A DNA stretch of 63,738 bases, filler included, from Choristocarpus tenellus KU-1152 (GCA_964200185.2; 13 parts of 13 records of this genome joined end to end with filler, not necessarily neighbours in it), one strand, 5' to 3'. Positions 1 through 12,060 are shown, counted from the whole stretch's first letter. Numbers and translations: made by a program. Notes: generated by a model not told the origin, from the sequence alone.

Positions 1-224
1 TTGATGTGCCCAGTTCTGGCCTCAAAATCACCCCAAAAGACCCCCTACTTTGACGGCTTGAAGCACCTCGAGTTTGTACCCGATGATCCTCGACCCACAC
101 CGTTTCTGAAAGCTGATATTGTCAACCCGATTTCATTTTGTAGGGTTATTGTCCGATTCGGCGCTGTTCTCGCTTGGCAAGCCCAGATGTTTTGCGATAC
201 AAATGTATGGCACAGAGGTAGTAG
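1..224 (-). mobile_element. 5' fragment of a mariner-type transposon, second copy of the element at 19590-21150
   Basis: Aligns by eye with ~20931-21152 (gtgcccagttctggcctcaaaatcaccc...tggcacaga.gtagtag); cut by the window start. Confidence 0.7.
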
Positions 225-530
225 TGCCAAGTCAGTGCTGAGCAGTCAGTGGCTAGGATGAATTTCCTACCCCAAATGTAGGAGCGGAAGTGTTCTACAG
301 TCCACAAGATAGCCATGCATTCTCTTTCAGTGGGTGCTTTCCTACTGTCTGATTTAGATCATCTATGGATAGCATATGCTATGACATTTGGTTAGGGTTA
401 GGGTTGGCATCATGGGTATTGCCTTTGGGGCTTACATTGTCAGTGGCTGGGGTGGCAGAAGAAGGTTTATTAACGGTTTCGATGAAACAAATTATGGATG
501 CGACAGTCATGATTTTGATGATACCACTAT

Positions 531-1010
531 TGACAGCTGGTGTGTGCACGATTGTAAAGGTAATAAATACAGGGCATCGAATTTGGTATTGTTGGTGTTA
601 CCACAGCTGACAGCTGGTGTGTACACGGTTGGAAAGGTAACAAACACAGGGCATCGAATTTGGTATTGTTGGTGTTACCACAGCTGACAGCTGGTGTGTA
701 CACGGTTGGAAAGGTAACAAACACAGGGCATCGAATTTGGTATTGTTGGTGTTACCACAGCTGACAGCTGGTGTGTACACGGTTGGAAAGGTAACAAACA
801 CAGGGCATCGAATTTGGTATTGTTGGTGTTACCACACAGCTGGTGTGTACACTAACCCAAAGGTAATAAATACACGGCATTGAATGTGAAAACGTTGGTG
901 ACACCACCTTTGACAGCTGGTGCGTATACGGTTGTAAAGGAAATAGACACAGGGCATCGAATTTGAAAATGTTGGTGTTACCACTGCTGAAAGCTGCTTG
1001 GTACAAGCTC
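531..1010. repeat. 77-bp tandem repeat, about 6 copies
   Basis: Units beginning tgacagctgg at 531, 608, 685, 762, ~835, 911 and 988. Central copies are identical; outer copies are diverged. Confidence 0.95.
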
Positions 1011-2232
1011 CGAATACAAATGAACACGTAAACATGTGTTGAGCCGTGTGGTTGTGTTCACGGCCGAGAAAACGCAATGAGGGGTGGATACGTTGGAAAA
1101 TCTTCAACACCTCACACGTCGCCAATCTTGGCCTAACGTGAGCATTTGCTCCCTGGATTTCAAAGCTCCATGACATGGAGGCCTATTAGCGTACACGAAT
1201 TTTGTTTTCGCCAGTGTCGACTGAGCCATGGACTATACTGTGGAATAGGCAGACCGGCGTGCATAGGGTTTGCGCCAATTTTGACACGAAATTACTTTCA
1301 CTGGGAATTGTATCTGGAGATTCCGAAATAGATTTACACCGGTGGCAACATAGCAGTGGTGGACGAAATTGGTATGGTCGTAGTCCTGAAGACCTTCGTA
1401 CATAATGCATTGGGATATGGCATGCTATGTGACAATGTTTGGGTTAGGGGCCATGACTAGGGGGGGTTTGGCAAGGTCATTCCAAACCACCCGATCTTAC
1501 TTCAAGCAGATGTTACCTTAAACATGCAAGAACAAATGTCATAAGAATATCATAATCTTCAAGATAGGTCAACTTCAGGGTATACCTTCTGTGGAAGATG
1601 GCTCTCACAGGATAGTGAATTTCATTTCGCGCACACACTCATTTCCGTAAGATATTTTCTTATCGCTAAGGCCATCTCCTATACGCACGTTTTCACCCCC
1701 GTTTCGTTTTGCTTTTTCCCGTTTTTGGGCATTTCGAAACGGAAATTCGTGACAAATGACAATTATACGGCAATTTAGAGGCATTTCTGTACGAGGCAAA
1801 ATTGAACGGAGGGTGGATGAGACCCTCTTGACCAATTTTCAAGGCAAATCTGAACGGAATTCTTGATGTTTCTCTGTTGTTGTTCGTGGCAATGTCCTTG
1901 GGGCTACAGAGTTATTACCTATACCACATCTGGTTCAAGATGGACAAAATGAATGAAGAGAGTGAGAGAGACCGAATGTCATCGTCCTCAGGTTCATCAT
2001 CCTCGAGTTCATTGTTTGTCTTCCGGATTGTCTTTTTCTAGTTCATCTTCTTTCGATGAATCTACCTTAATGTTGGAGCCGTCATCTAGGATAAACGCAA
2101 CTGGGATATTGCTCATCTCCATTTTGATGGACAAGGAGGATGAGGAGGAAGAACATCCATTAATTCGCAGGTTTCGTATCCCCCAAGACCAACCCGTTTA
2201 CATGGCAAGCTCGTGGGGGGTTATCTAGAGGA

Positions 2233-2413
2233 GACCCAAAGCATCTGTGGGGGGGGGGGGTCTACACCACCAGAGTGTCCATTTGGACCAAAACCAGGAA
2301 AAGTGCACTTTCATTATCAATCCAAAGTATGGAAACATATTACCCAATAATCGCGACATGAAAAAATTGCACCCAAAAGGACAGCCGCCACCCCCTCCCA
2401 GATACTTCGAGCC
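2233..2413. mobile_element. MITE family A inserted in the Harbinger coding sequence
   Basis: TIR GACCCAAAGCATCTG...CAGATACTTCGAGCC with 4-bp TSD AGGA on both sides. Confidence 0.9.
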
Positions 2414-2930
2414 AGGAAGGTGTCAGAGACGTCACTTCGTGGGAGGCGCTGAAGTTCAGGAGGCGGTTCCGAGTCCCATTTGTTCTCTTTGAAGCTTTAG
2501 TAAAGGAGGTACAAAGGCAGGGGTAGCTTGGTTGTCGAATCGCAGAAGATATTGGACGCCCTGGCATACCCGTGAAGCTGAAGGTGAGCATACCCGCCAG
2601 TACAGTTTAAAAGGGCTACCTCGATAGAGCTCGTAGATTCAACCGTCCTTTGGTCTGACAGTACTGGATGTGACTTGCCGCCTGCAGGTGCTATCGGTCC
2701 TCCAAATCCTCGCCAGAGGAAACTGCTTTGATGATATCAAGCAACTTTATGGTATATCTGAGAGTACAGGGCAAACCACATTTCACCGTTCTGTGAGTGT
2801 TTTTGAGCGTGATATGTACTGTAAGTGGATTTATCTACCAGAGGGCGAAGATTTGGGGGAGATTATGCGTACGTATGGAGCTGTGGGGTTTCCTGGTGCG
2901 GTGGGAGAGGGTGCCCATTAGTGATGCCCC

Positions 2931-3002
2931 GTACATCAGTAACGAGGGTTACACGTACATCAGTAACGAGGGTTACACGTACATCAGTAACGAGGGTTAC
3001 AC
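2931..3002 (+). repeat. 24-bp exact triplication (YISNEGYT x3) inside the transposase
   Basis: gtacatcagtaacgagggttacac repeated three times. Confidence 0.95.
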
Positions 3003-4480
3003 GACAGTTGCCTATGAAGTGACCGTTGACCATAATGGATTTGTACAAGGAGTAACGGCTGGGTTTCCTGGAGCGAAAAACGATAAGACAATCTTTCAAT
3101 ATGATGGTGCTATCCAGAAAATTAGGAATGACCCCACATACAGACAGCTGGAGTACAACGTCAAGGACTCCATCGAGAACTGTTACACCGAGAAAGGGGC
3201 TTATGTCCTTGTCGATGGGGGCTACCGCAAGGTGACAAGAAAAACGTGACTGTACGGCTATGCCTATGTTAGTCTTAGCTCCCGTGAAAATGAGTGCTCA
3301 TCAAACTAGCAAGTCAACATTCCTTTGCCCAACCTGATCTTTGCATTTACAGTGGAGGTGCACAATATGCCCCTGAGGGCATCTGTCACACAGGCACAGG
3401 CAAGGTGGAGCAAACGAGTGGAGAGTGTACGCAAGGATGTCAAGTGCTTTTTTGGCAGAGTCAAGGGCCACTTCAGAATCCTCAAGAATCCTCAAGCTGC
3501 CACTACTACATTCGGAAAGAAGACATATTCTTCACTTGCTGCATATTGCAAAATATGATTCATTCATGTAATGGCCTTGGAGAGTTGGAGGGCAACACTG
3601 ATTGGACAGGGGATGTTGGTCCTCATGATGCCTTCTACAGTGACCCTTACACTGATTTCATACGGATGGGCATGCCAAGGGACCAGGGGGGAGGGGGGTC
3701 TAAAGAGTATGTTGAGAGGGAGATGGGATTTGATGAGCTTAGGAATAGGCTCATAGCACACTATAACTACAAGGAAGAAGACGGAGAGGTTGTTTGGATG
3801 AGGTCCTGATGATGGGATCTTGCTTGTCAAACAGTGCTTTGCATTTTGCGATATTGATACTTTATGTGATAGTGAATGGTACAGTTGGGATTTTTACTTT
3901 TGTAAACTACATACAAGAACAGGTAGGAAGACATAATAGAGGACAAAGAGTCGTTTGTCAATACAATGTAGAGAGTGATTGAGAGTGAACAGTCAAAAGG
4001 AAGAAATAATTGCCACTGGTTGTTGACAATGTCTTTGATAAAGATTGTCCTTATGGACAAGAGTAGCTCACTTCGTTCTGAGTAGTGGATAATATTATAC
4101 CCTAACCAACCTTCTGAAGGGCGCTGGGATCACCATTGTTACTTTTACCTTGCTCAAGGTCATCATACAAGGTCAGGGTTGACAGCTTTGTATAGTTATG
4201 CATCAGAAGCTCAAGATAAGAGGAGGACTTTACACAAAAAAATTCCATTAAAAAAATTACCTCAAATTTAGACAAAGATTTGCCAGTGTCGTCCAGTGTG
4301 ATGATGGTATACCTACGTGCATGGCACCGCTGTAAAAGACTACTGAGCACTACACTGACTGTTGTGTTGTCACAACTGATTCCCCAAGTCTATCCCCCTA
4401 CTACTGCCTGTCCTCAAAGTCCACAAGTCAACCCCCCCCCTCGCCACCGCCTGTTCCCAAACCCCCCCACACACCACCCC

Positions 4481-4580
4481 NNNNNNNNNNNNNNNNNNNN
4501 NNNNNNNNNNNNNNNNNNNNNNNNTTAATTAATTAANNNNNNNNNNNNNNNNNNNNNNNNNNNNNNNNNNNNNNNNNNNN
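4481..4580. other. Artificial contig linker N44-TTAATTAATTAA-N44 (also 8869-8968, 12568-12667, 17024-17123, 25032-25131, 28371-28470, 32406-32505, 39869-39968, 46205-46304, 48979-49078, 52126-52225, 60430-60529)
   Basis: The same 100-bp structure occurs 12 times; the core gives stops in all six frames. Confidence 0.98.
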
Positions 4581-4699
4581 CGAACGAGGCATCATGAACA
4601 ACATCTCTCCCGTATCCTCTGTTTGCCGTTGGTGAATCATTCCTTTGCCAACGTGGGCGCCCCCCCGCCGCTCCCCCCCCCCCTCCTCCTCGCCCCCAG

Positions 4700-6799
4700 T
4701 CCCAATCCTCTTCTTACTCCTCTTCGTCATCCCCTTCTTCCTCCTCTTCTTCCTCCTTGTCCTCCTTCACATCGCTGACATACTCCGGCTCGTCTTCTGG
4801 CGCAGAATCACCGGCGCCCCTCCGCACCTTGCGACCTTTCCCCTTTCCACCCTGCGGGAAGAGGGACACTTGCGCTTTCTAGTGGTGATTGGCGTCAAGT
4901 CCGAGTCCGAATCCTGCACTTCGAACCCGCGAGAATGCACTACTGTAAGACCCGGGAGCACGTTCAACGGTGATCAGTACTACGAACGGTTTGTCATTCG
5001 ATACAACAATGCCTGACTCAGTCTTCATCGTAGGAGACACTTATTGAACGTTCCTGTACAAGGTGCGGCAACCGGCACACATGTCACTTACTGCTGTCTA
5101 CACGATAAAACACGTTGGCGGTTTGACTTGCCTCGCAAGCAGACGGATGCATAGCCCCTGCTTGAGAGAAGTGAATGGGCAAACTCCTCGCGACTCAGAT
5201 AGCTCAGTGTGATCGCGTTGTGGTCGACCTGTGGTAGCGAGGTCTCACACACTTCCTTCAGTACCTCAAAGGACCCTGGTTGAAGGGACTTTACGCCTGG
5301 CTGCCAGTTTCGTAGAGTTGTTTTCAGCAGGGGAGTAACGCCCACCTTCGCGATGGGCAGAAATTGAAAAATATGATGCACCCAGCCAGCCAGGATGAGG
5401 CATCGTTATTACCACGCCAACGGGGTATGTAAGAGTGTGGGGGGGTGTGATTCAGCGGCCTGGTCTAACGATAAAACAAACAAAAACGCTTTTTATTGTT
5501 CGTGTGTATACAACACGGACACAGCATGTGGTTGCCCACGAAGAAGAGGGTTTGGTTCACAAAATGACGCATCGTGTGTTTATTAATTCAGGCAACACCG
5601 CAACGGTCCGGGTAAGGAGTGGACCATACCCAGGGGAGGGGGTATGATACTCAGCGGCCTGGCCTACCTAGTGCTGAAAGAAAAAACTGTTCAATTCGTC
5701 TGTGATTTTGCACACACACATACTACATGGTCACCCGAAAATCAAGCATTTGGTTGACAGGGTTGCGAAACGCAGGATAACTATCTGAACTTAGGTTGAA
5801 TTAGGAGGACACAGAGAGATCTTCACAACAGCTGTAACCCAACAAGAGGAGGAGTAGAGCGCCACCATCCCACCAACGTTGACAACTCCCTCACCTTTTT
5901 GTACATTTTGTGGATCTCTGCTAGTGACACTTCTTTCTTCTTTGTGTGGCGCTTGATAGCTTCTTTGAGCTCGTGCTGAAAATATACCTTATCGTACAGC
6001 GTGCACTCAACCACACTCTCGGTCGCATCATTGAATGCTATAAGCGTGGCGGTGCAGTGGGCGAACGGGGCAAGGGGTAGGTGGGAAGCGGTCACGGGAT
6101 ACACGCGGCAGGCAGTAGTGAGCAACATGTTGCTGCTGACAGAAAGACCGCGAGGGATAAATAAGATCAGCAGCGAAAAGATCAACAAAGGGCTGACTGA
6201 CGATGAACCAAACAAAGGAAACACGGCAACAACTTGGTAGATCAGAGAAGAGTCATCAAGCGATCATGGAACAACAACACTCAACTTACTTAGTTGCTTA
6301 GTTGATCAGAAGAGTCAGGCGATCATGGAACAACGACAACACTCCATCACCCACCGTTGGCAATTAGCCTCTCTTCTGCTTGGTTGAACTCCATGTAGAC
6401 CCGCATCATGAAAGCGTGTTCGGGATCAAACTCTCTCTTCAACACCGTTATTCTATGGTTTCCGTCCATTGTTCGTCCTTGAACGGCAAGCGCAGTGTCG
6501 GTGGTGAGCTGGTCCCCGTTGCCTAAGCAGTCTCGTTGGATGATGATGGATGAAGCAAACTGCTCGAGCCAACCTTTTTCACGGATGGACTTGCTGACAC
6601 GCGCTAGGCTACGCTCGCTCAGGGGACGCACCATCTCCGTGCATATGATGTTGCCAAGTTTCATATTGTATATGCTGAGGTAGTGATGTTCGAGGAGTGA
6701 GGACATGCCCCTGGCATTGCTGTCCGACGCTCTCGATCCGTGGGCAGCGCCATCAGCGTGCAGGGCGCCGGGGGTCGTTGTTGATCAAACGTTGGACAT
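4700..6799 (-). pseudogene. Spliced gene with N-terminal ParB/sulfiredoxin-like domain and acidic C-terminal region, degenerate
   Basis: Exon 1 (6799-6355): VRPLSERSLARVSKSIREKGW...MDGNHRITVL, with a TGA at codon 5. Exon 2 (6037-5895) joins in phase 1 to give LIANA-FNDATESVVE. Exon 3 runs 5345 to ~5132 (phase 0 join). A decayed acidic exon follows at ~5060-4700. Confidence 0.65.
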
Positions 6800-6989
6800 G
6801 GCGAAGATTGGGAAGGTGTGACGGGGATAGATAAGAAAGAGCTGGTGGTGGTATGTGGAAGGGAAGGAATGGAAATGAGGAGTGAGGGCTGGGAGGTGCT
6901 GCTTTATTTCATCTGGTCGGTCAGAGCCCAAAGAACCCAGATTTCTCTTTCTGTTTATAATTTTGTTCTAATAAATATGAATATCAAAC

Positions 6990-7810
6990 AGTAAACGGTT
7001 TCATATTCAAAAAAGATAGAAAGTATCAGTTTTTTGTGACCTTTTCGTTTCGGAAAATTTCAAACGTATTAGATCAATGAAGTATGTGATTTGTATTCTT
7101 ATTTGTTGATATTAAAACTAGAATATTATTTTTATTTCATAAAACCCTAATGCATGTGTTTTGCGGTTCAAGGGTTTCGGGTGGTCCGACGGATCGCTCG
7201 AAACTCAAAAACCGCTTTTTGTCGACATTTGTATTTTATTGTGTAAAAAATACAAAGGTCGAACAATATAGGTTTTAGTATTTAAAAAAATTAGACGGTA
7301 CCAGTTTTTTTGTGACTCTTTAGTTTCGGAACATTGGAAACGTATAAGACCAACAAAGTATGTGCTTTGTATTTTTTAAAATTGTATATACGGATATAAT
7401 CGGATGTATAATTTCTAAAAACCCTATTGCACGTGTTTTCCGGTTCAAGGGTTTCGGGTGGTCCGTGATCGCCCGAAACTCAAAAACCGCTTTTTGTCGA
7501 CATTTATATTTTAAAATAAAATGTCGAACAATATAAGGTTTTGTACATAAAGCAATTAGAGAGTGTCAGTTTTTTGTGACCTTTTGGTTTCGGAACATTG
7601 AAAACGTACAAGATCAATTAAGTATGTGTTTTGCATATTTATTTCTTGAAATTACGAATATAATCAAATTTTTAAATTCTAAAAACCATAATGCACATAT
7701 TTTCCGGATCATGGATCTCAGGGTAGTCCGACTGATCGAAGCTCAAACATCGTTCATACGCCCGACTTCGAATTCAATTCTATCGTGCCCAAGACCAACT
7801 GTTGCCTGAG
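6990..7810. repeat. AT-rich ~270-bp tandem repeat, 3 copies, with internal inverted repeats; partial extra copy ~7885-7980
   Basis: Anchor cagtttttt(t)gtgac..ttt.gtttcggaa recurs at ~7025, ~7300 and ~7566. Copies 1-2 share ggttcaagggtttcgggtggtccg...aaactcaaaaaccgctttttgtcgaca. Confidence 0.9.
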
Positions 7811-7988
7811 ACCAGATTAGAATCTAGTTTGTATTTCATCACAGCAAGAATAAACGCGTTTTCCAGAACACGGATTTTATTTTGGTCCGACTAGTCTCTT
7901 CAAACTCAAACATCGTACGCCCGGCTTCGAATTCAATTCACTCCTAAACCTTCTCACTGCCCAAGACCGCCTGTTGCCCGAAAACACC

Positions 7989-8464
7989 ATGACGGTTGCT
8001 CCCACAGCAAGGGGGTGGCTATTGTCGCCTGCGCCGCCCCCAGCGTTGCCCCCTCATCAGCCCGCCAACAACGATGCGCTGGAGCTTTCTACCAATGACG
8101 CTTCAGCGACCAGCACCAAGCTTCGCCGAGAATGGGCTCAACCTATCCCGGTCAACGAACAGGGTGACCGATGCAAGCGCTTAGCCTGTGTGAAGAAGTT
8201 CGCGGCAGATAGTGAGTCCTTCCTTGCCCGCATGTTGGCCAAAGAGTAGGACATCATCCGGGCGTGTGAGAACTGCCGCGATCGCAAGCACTTCGTTGGT
8301 GACCGTGTACCTGTCATTAAGTTGGGGCCTGGAGGCGGATCTATGCTTGAGGCCAGCATTCCCGTTTGTACGCAGTTTTTCAAGGCATCATTCGCAATAT
8401 CCAATCGTGTCATCGACGCTTGCAAAGGTACACCTAACGCTAGAGCATCCTCCAGCATGGAGAG
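7989..8464 (+). pseudogene. Probable N-terminal exon of a Sola-like DNA transposase
   Basis: Reading through TAG 8247-8249 gives RCKRLACVKKF...RDRKHFV...IPVCTQFFKASFAISNRVID. The C-x4-C ... VCxxFFxxxFxIS pattern resembles Sola transposase N-termini. Ends at donor AG|GTGGGT. No catalytic core is present in the contig. Confidence 0.45.
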
Positions 8465-8968
8465 GTGGGTTTGATGTATGTACACAGCGTTATTTGTACC
8501 CGGTATTGTTTCGATGTGAGAGAAACTTGTTCGGAACGGCAAAAAGATTCCTACCAAGGTCTTGACAGTTCTACGGTCTGCTATCAAGGCAAGGGAAAGG
8601 GGGGGGTTTGTGGGAGAAGGACGGAAGACTAAATTCAAGGGACGAGGAGAGGAGAGGGGGAGGGAAAATGGGGACGAAAAGGAGGACAACACCGGCGACG
8701 ACAAGGAGGAGGACGAGGAGGGGGATGAAGAGGAGGAGGAGGACGAGGAGCAGCAGAAGGAGAACGAGGACAAAGAGGACGATGAAGATAAAGAGAACAT
8801 CGGTACGGGGGAGGGTAGGGGGGCATCTGCCGGTGCAGGTGCATGTACAGGGGTGCCCTTGCAAACGGNNNNNNNNNNNNNNNNNNNNNNNNNNNNNNNN
8901 NNNNNNNNNNNNTTAATTAATTAANNNNNNNNNNNNNNNNNNNNNNNNNNNNNNNNNNNNNNNNNNNN

Positions 8969-9035
8969 CCATGGGAAGCCAAGCCCCAAATGGACAAACA
9001 GGGCAAAACTCGTACCCTCTAAGATACTTTCACTC
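8969..9035. mobile_element. MITE family B, right end
   Basis: ...ccccaaatggacaaacagggcaaaactcgtaccctctaagatactttcactc, matching the ends of complete copies. Confidence 0.85.
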
Positions 9036-11272
9036 AGTGTTGTTTTTTAAAGAGTCTACCGCTGTTACAGGTCTTGTGCTACTAATGAAGTCAAATCCAT
9101 GACAGATAACAAAATCGAGTCTCTGTTGCGCAAGCCTGAGCATGTTGGCTAAAAAGAGTAGTAAGCTAGAGCATCATTTAGTGCAGTCAGAAACCGCAGC
9201 TTGGTGTGGAGAAGTGCACAAGAACTGCTAAGTACTTCCAAGAATGTGTCATCGTCATGCGATCTAAGTATTCAGCAATGTGTCCCTTCACAATGTAGAG
9301 GTCAAGTTCAAATCAATAAAATAGGGCTGCAGGGCTAGAGTGCTCTCAAGGTACTATACTCCTCTTTCTTCGCATTTAGAAGGCTTTGGACATGGTTGCC
9401 TATCTCACCTCTGGCGTTTGGAAGACACAAAATACCATTGCCACGATAGGACCACTATATAATAATATGTACTTAGTGTATAGCTTCGACATTCAGTTAT
9501 TTTTGTCATATATCACGGGTCTATCTTGCTCGTAAAAACTCTATCCGCATGACAAGCTTCTCTCTCACACAGTTGCTTGTGGTGTGCTGGGTACAGCTTG
9601 CCTACTTGGCTAGTGTAGATACAATTAGTGGCAGCAAGACTTGCATCCAGCCCCATTGACATGGTCCACATTTCAGTACTTCACCCTTGTTACGCATCCA
9701 TGCCATCCATAAATCGCTCTTACTAAATCTTCTGATGATGTAGACCTCAATTTACACCCCTTCCAAGATTCCCAATACCCTACCATTACTCTCCCCCACC
9801 ATGTCTCCTGGGGGTGATCCTGGTGCTGCACAGGCAGCAGAGGCACGGAGGAAGGGTGTGAAAAAATACCTTGCTTACCTCGATTGCTTCCAGGAGGAAG
9901 CACGGAAACTCACCCTTGCCGCAAAGGGGGCATTTGCACAGGGAGCAATACCTTCGAGTCTTTAGAGTGTTTAAAATCGGTTATTGCTCCACTCTATTGG
10001 ACTTTGTATCTGTGGGTGGGATACATTGTAGAGAGGGGTATCCGGTCTTGTAGAGTATAGGCGGAGGGGAGAAGGGCAGCCATGAGAACAATAAAATATG
10101 TAACAGCAAACACCACTTTCCACAAAGTTCATTGCAATAACAAGGAGGGTTACAGTAGAAGGGGTGGGAGATGTTGTAGGGCGAAAGCATTTTGTTGAAT
10201 AAATGTTACGGAAATAATACATATGTGTTTATACGATTGGTTCTAGAAAATGACTTCCTTGCCGTTTTTCCTATCCCTCAATCTCAATGCTACTTTCAGT
10301 ACTCTTGAGGCATTACTTACACTGTACCAAAAAAAGAAAAGTTTTTGGTATTATTAATATTTTATTGGGTTTTAAAACCTATCTGGGATGAGTGTTTGTC
10401 GGACAAACTGCCTACGAGGACAAAAAGCTGCATCATCTATTGGAGTGTTCAATGATTGTGTAGTGGATGTGTTTGTGTGGCAGTACGATCTGGAATGAAT
10501 ACACTTAAGTTGCACTTGACCCTTTCAGAAAATCGGAATTAGTTTGTCGTAGGCCTGAAAGTGTGCGTTTAGTACTTTCTGCAGTAGATCCAGCACTCAG
10601 CACATTTTATCGAATCGTTCTAATTAAGCAAGTTGTCAGCACGGAAGGAGTCCAGGATTTGTTTTGGTGCTACATTGCCTCATTCTGTTCCCCTCCTTCC
10701 CTCTCTGTGCTTGTGTATTCCAATTACGATCACTATAACACCGTATATTCTGGGGGGGGGTTATTCCGTGGCACTCCTTGCAACAAACACAGACAAGTAC
10801 AACCTCCCTTGGGGGTTAGGTCAAGGCAAAACAATTCAAGACGAAGCACTCCAAGTAGTTATTTCACGGTACTTTGTGCTGCTCAGTGCCTGCTTACTAC
10901 CACCCAATAGAATGCTTGGTACAACTCACACACCTCAAGCGGATGTTCTGACCCAATAAAAACGGACGGTCTGATGAGGCAAAACGACAGACATACACAA
11001 ACAAAGAAATGCCTAGTACTATGCTTTTCCACATTTAACATGGAGCTCTACAGCCCATGCACTAGTACCAGGTCGAGACCACTTCACATGGAAGGCTTTG
11101 ACACACCTGCATGGTACAGGCTGTACGTATGCGCTACACACCCATCATCTGCTCCTACGTCAGGAAGTACTCTACTAGAGGTTTTAGTTCAAGAAGCAAT
11201 GCGCTCTCGCCACCAGCATGTTGTTTGTGAAACGAAAAGTTTTGTGCCAGATTATTTAGTGCCTGGAGTAAA

Positions 11273-11448
11273 GCCTCAAAGTATCTGGGGGGGGAGGTGG
11301 CGACTGTCCATTTGGGGTCAATTTTTTCATGTCGCGATTTTTGGGTGAATTGGTTGCATACGTCGGATGGATAATGCAAGTGCACTTTTCCTGGTTATGT
11401 CCCAAATGTACACCATGGTGTAGACCCCCCCCCCAGATACTTTGAGTC
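11273..11448. mobile_element. MITE family A, complete
   Basis: TIR GCCTCAAAGTATCTGGGGG / CCCCCAGATACTTTGAGTC; TSD TAAA. Confidence 0.92.
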
Positions 11449-12060
11449 TAAAATCATGTCTGTTGTTACTCGTACGGTATTTGATTAGAAGCTATTCTTT
11501 GAAACTGGAGTGCAGCACATGAATCAAGGTCCACAAAGTACCACTGAGCAGTGCCAGGAGACGCACATAGTGAGGTTCTATGTAGCAGAACAGGCAGCGT
11601 GTACATAACACCACACACAATTCAAAATGACCCAACGAATGGGACACTTTGATTTCGAATGTCATTTATATTTTGACGGACTGAGTCTTTAACGCATTGA
11701 AGTAGAATGAGAAGAAAACCAAAAAAATAGACAAAATAATAAAAGATCTCCATTTTCAACACTACCCAGGACTGGTGACAGTGTTTGGGGTGCCTGGTTA
11801 TCTTCATGCTTCATCGTGACAACATCAGGGCAGGATTCATTAATACAATTTCATCAAGAGTCAGCTTGCCTTGATCGATTGCAAGATGCTTTTTCAATAA
11901 ACTACTACAAGTACATACAGAGTGCATTGATTTATTCATTCACCTTTTTCACGTGCACCACACTACACTGCACAGAACACAGTGCACATCTCTAGCTTTT
12001 TTTCTCCACCATGCGTTAAGCTTGGAGCTCACTTCCTTTGACATTAAATGCAACTACCAG

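Larger units (their letters stand above)
1940..3809 (+). pseudogene. PIF/Harbinger DDE transposase pseudogene with two spliceosomal introns
   Basis: Motifs FRRRFRVPF, GIPVKLK|VLSVLQILARGNCFDD, GFPGAVG, GFPGAKND, LVDGGYRK|WR, ESVRKDVKCFFGRVKGHFRIL and CCILQNMI. Introns 2584-2687 and 3232-3352 (GT-AG) splice in frame. Disrupted by stops, frameshifts and a MITE. Confidence 0.85.

Noticed and set aside
531-1010. 77-bp array as a CRISPR array
   Set aside because: Whole units are repeated with no unique spacers, there are no cas genes, and the context is eukaryotic.
4481-4580. TTAATTAATTAA as a biological motif, and gene neighbourhoods across it (e.g. Harbinger next to the ParB-like gene)
   Set aside because: It is an artificial linker repeated identically 12 times; flanking contigs cannot be assumed adjacent.
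8138-8800. 220-aa minus-strand ORF
   Set aside because: Antisense shadow of the plus-strand exon and of a purine-rich acidic tract; no recognisable domain.
9870-9960. Minus-strand KTRRYCSLCKCPLCGKGEFPCF as a piggyBac C-terminal Cys-rich domain
   Set aside because: The spacing is suggestive, but I found no convincing DDD core, TIR or TTAA site, so it is too short to call.
11273-11448. MITE families as Stowaway or Tourist partners of the local mariner and Harbinger remnants
   Set aside because: TSDs are 4 bp and variable in sequence, not TA or TWA, and the termini are not CTCCCTCC.
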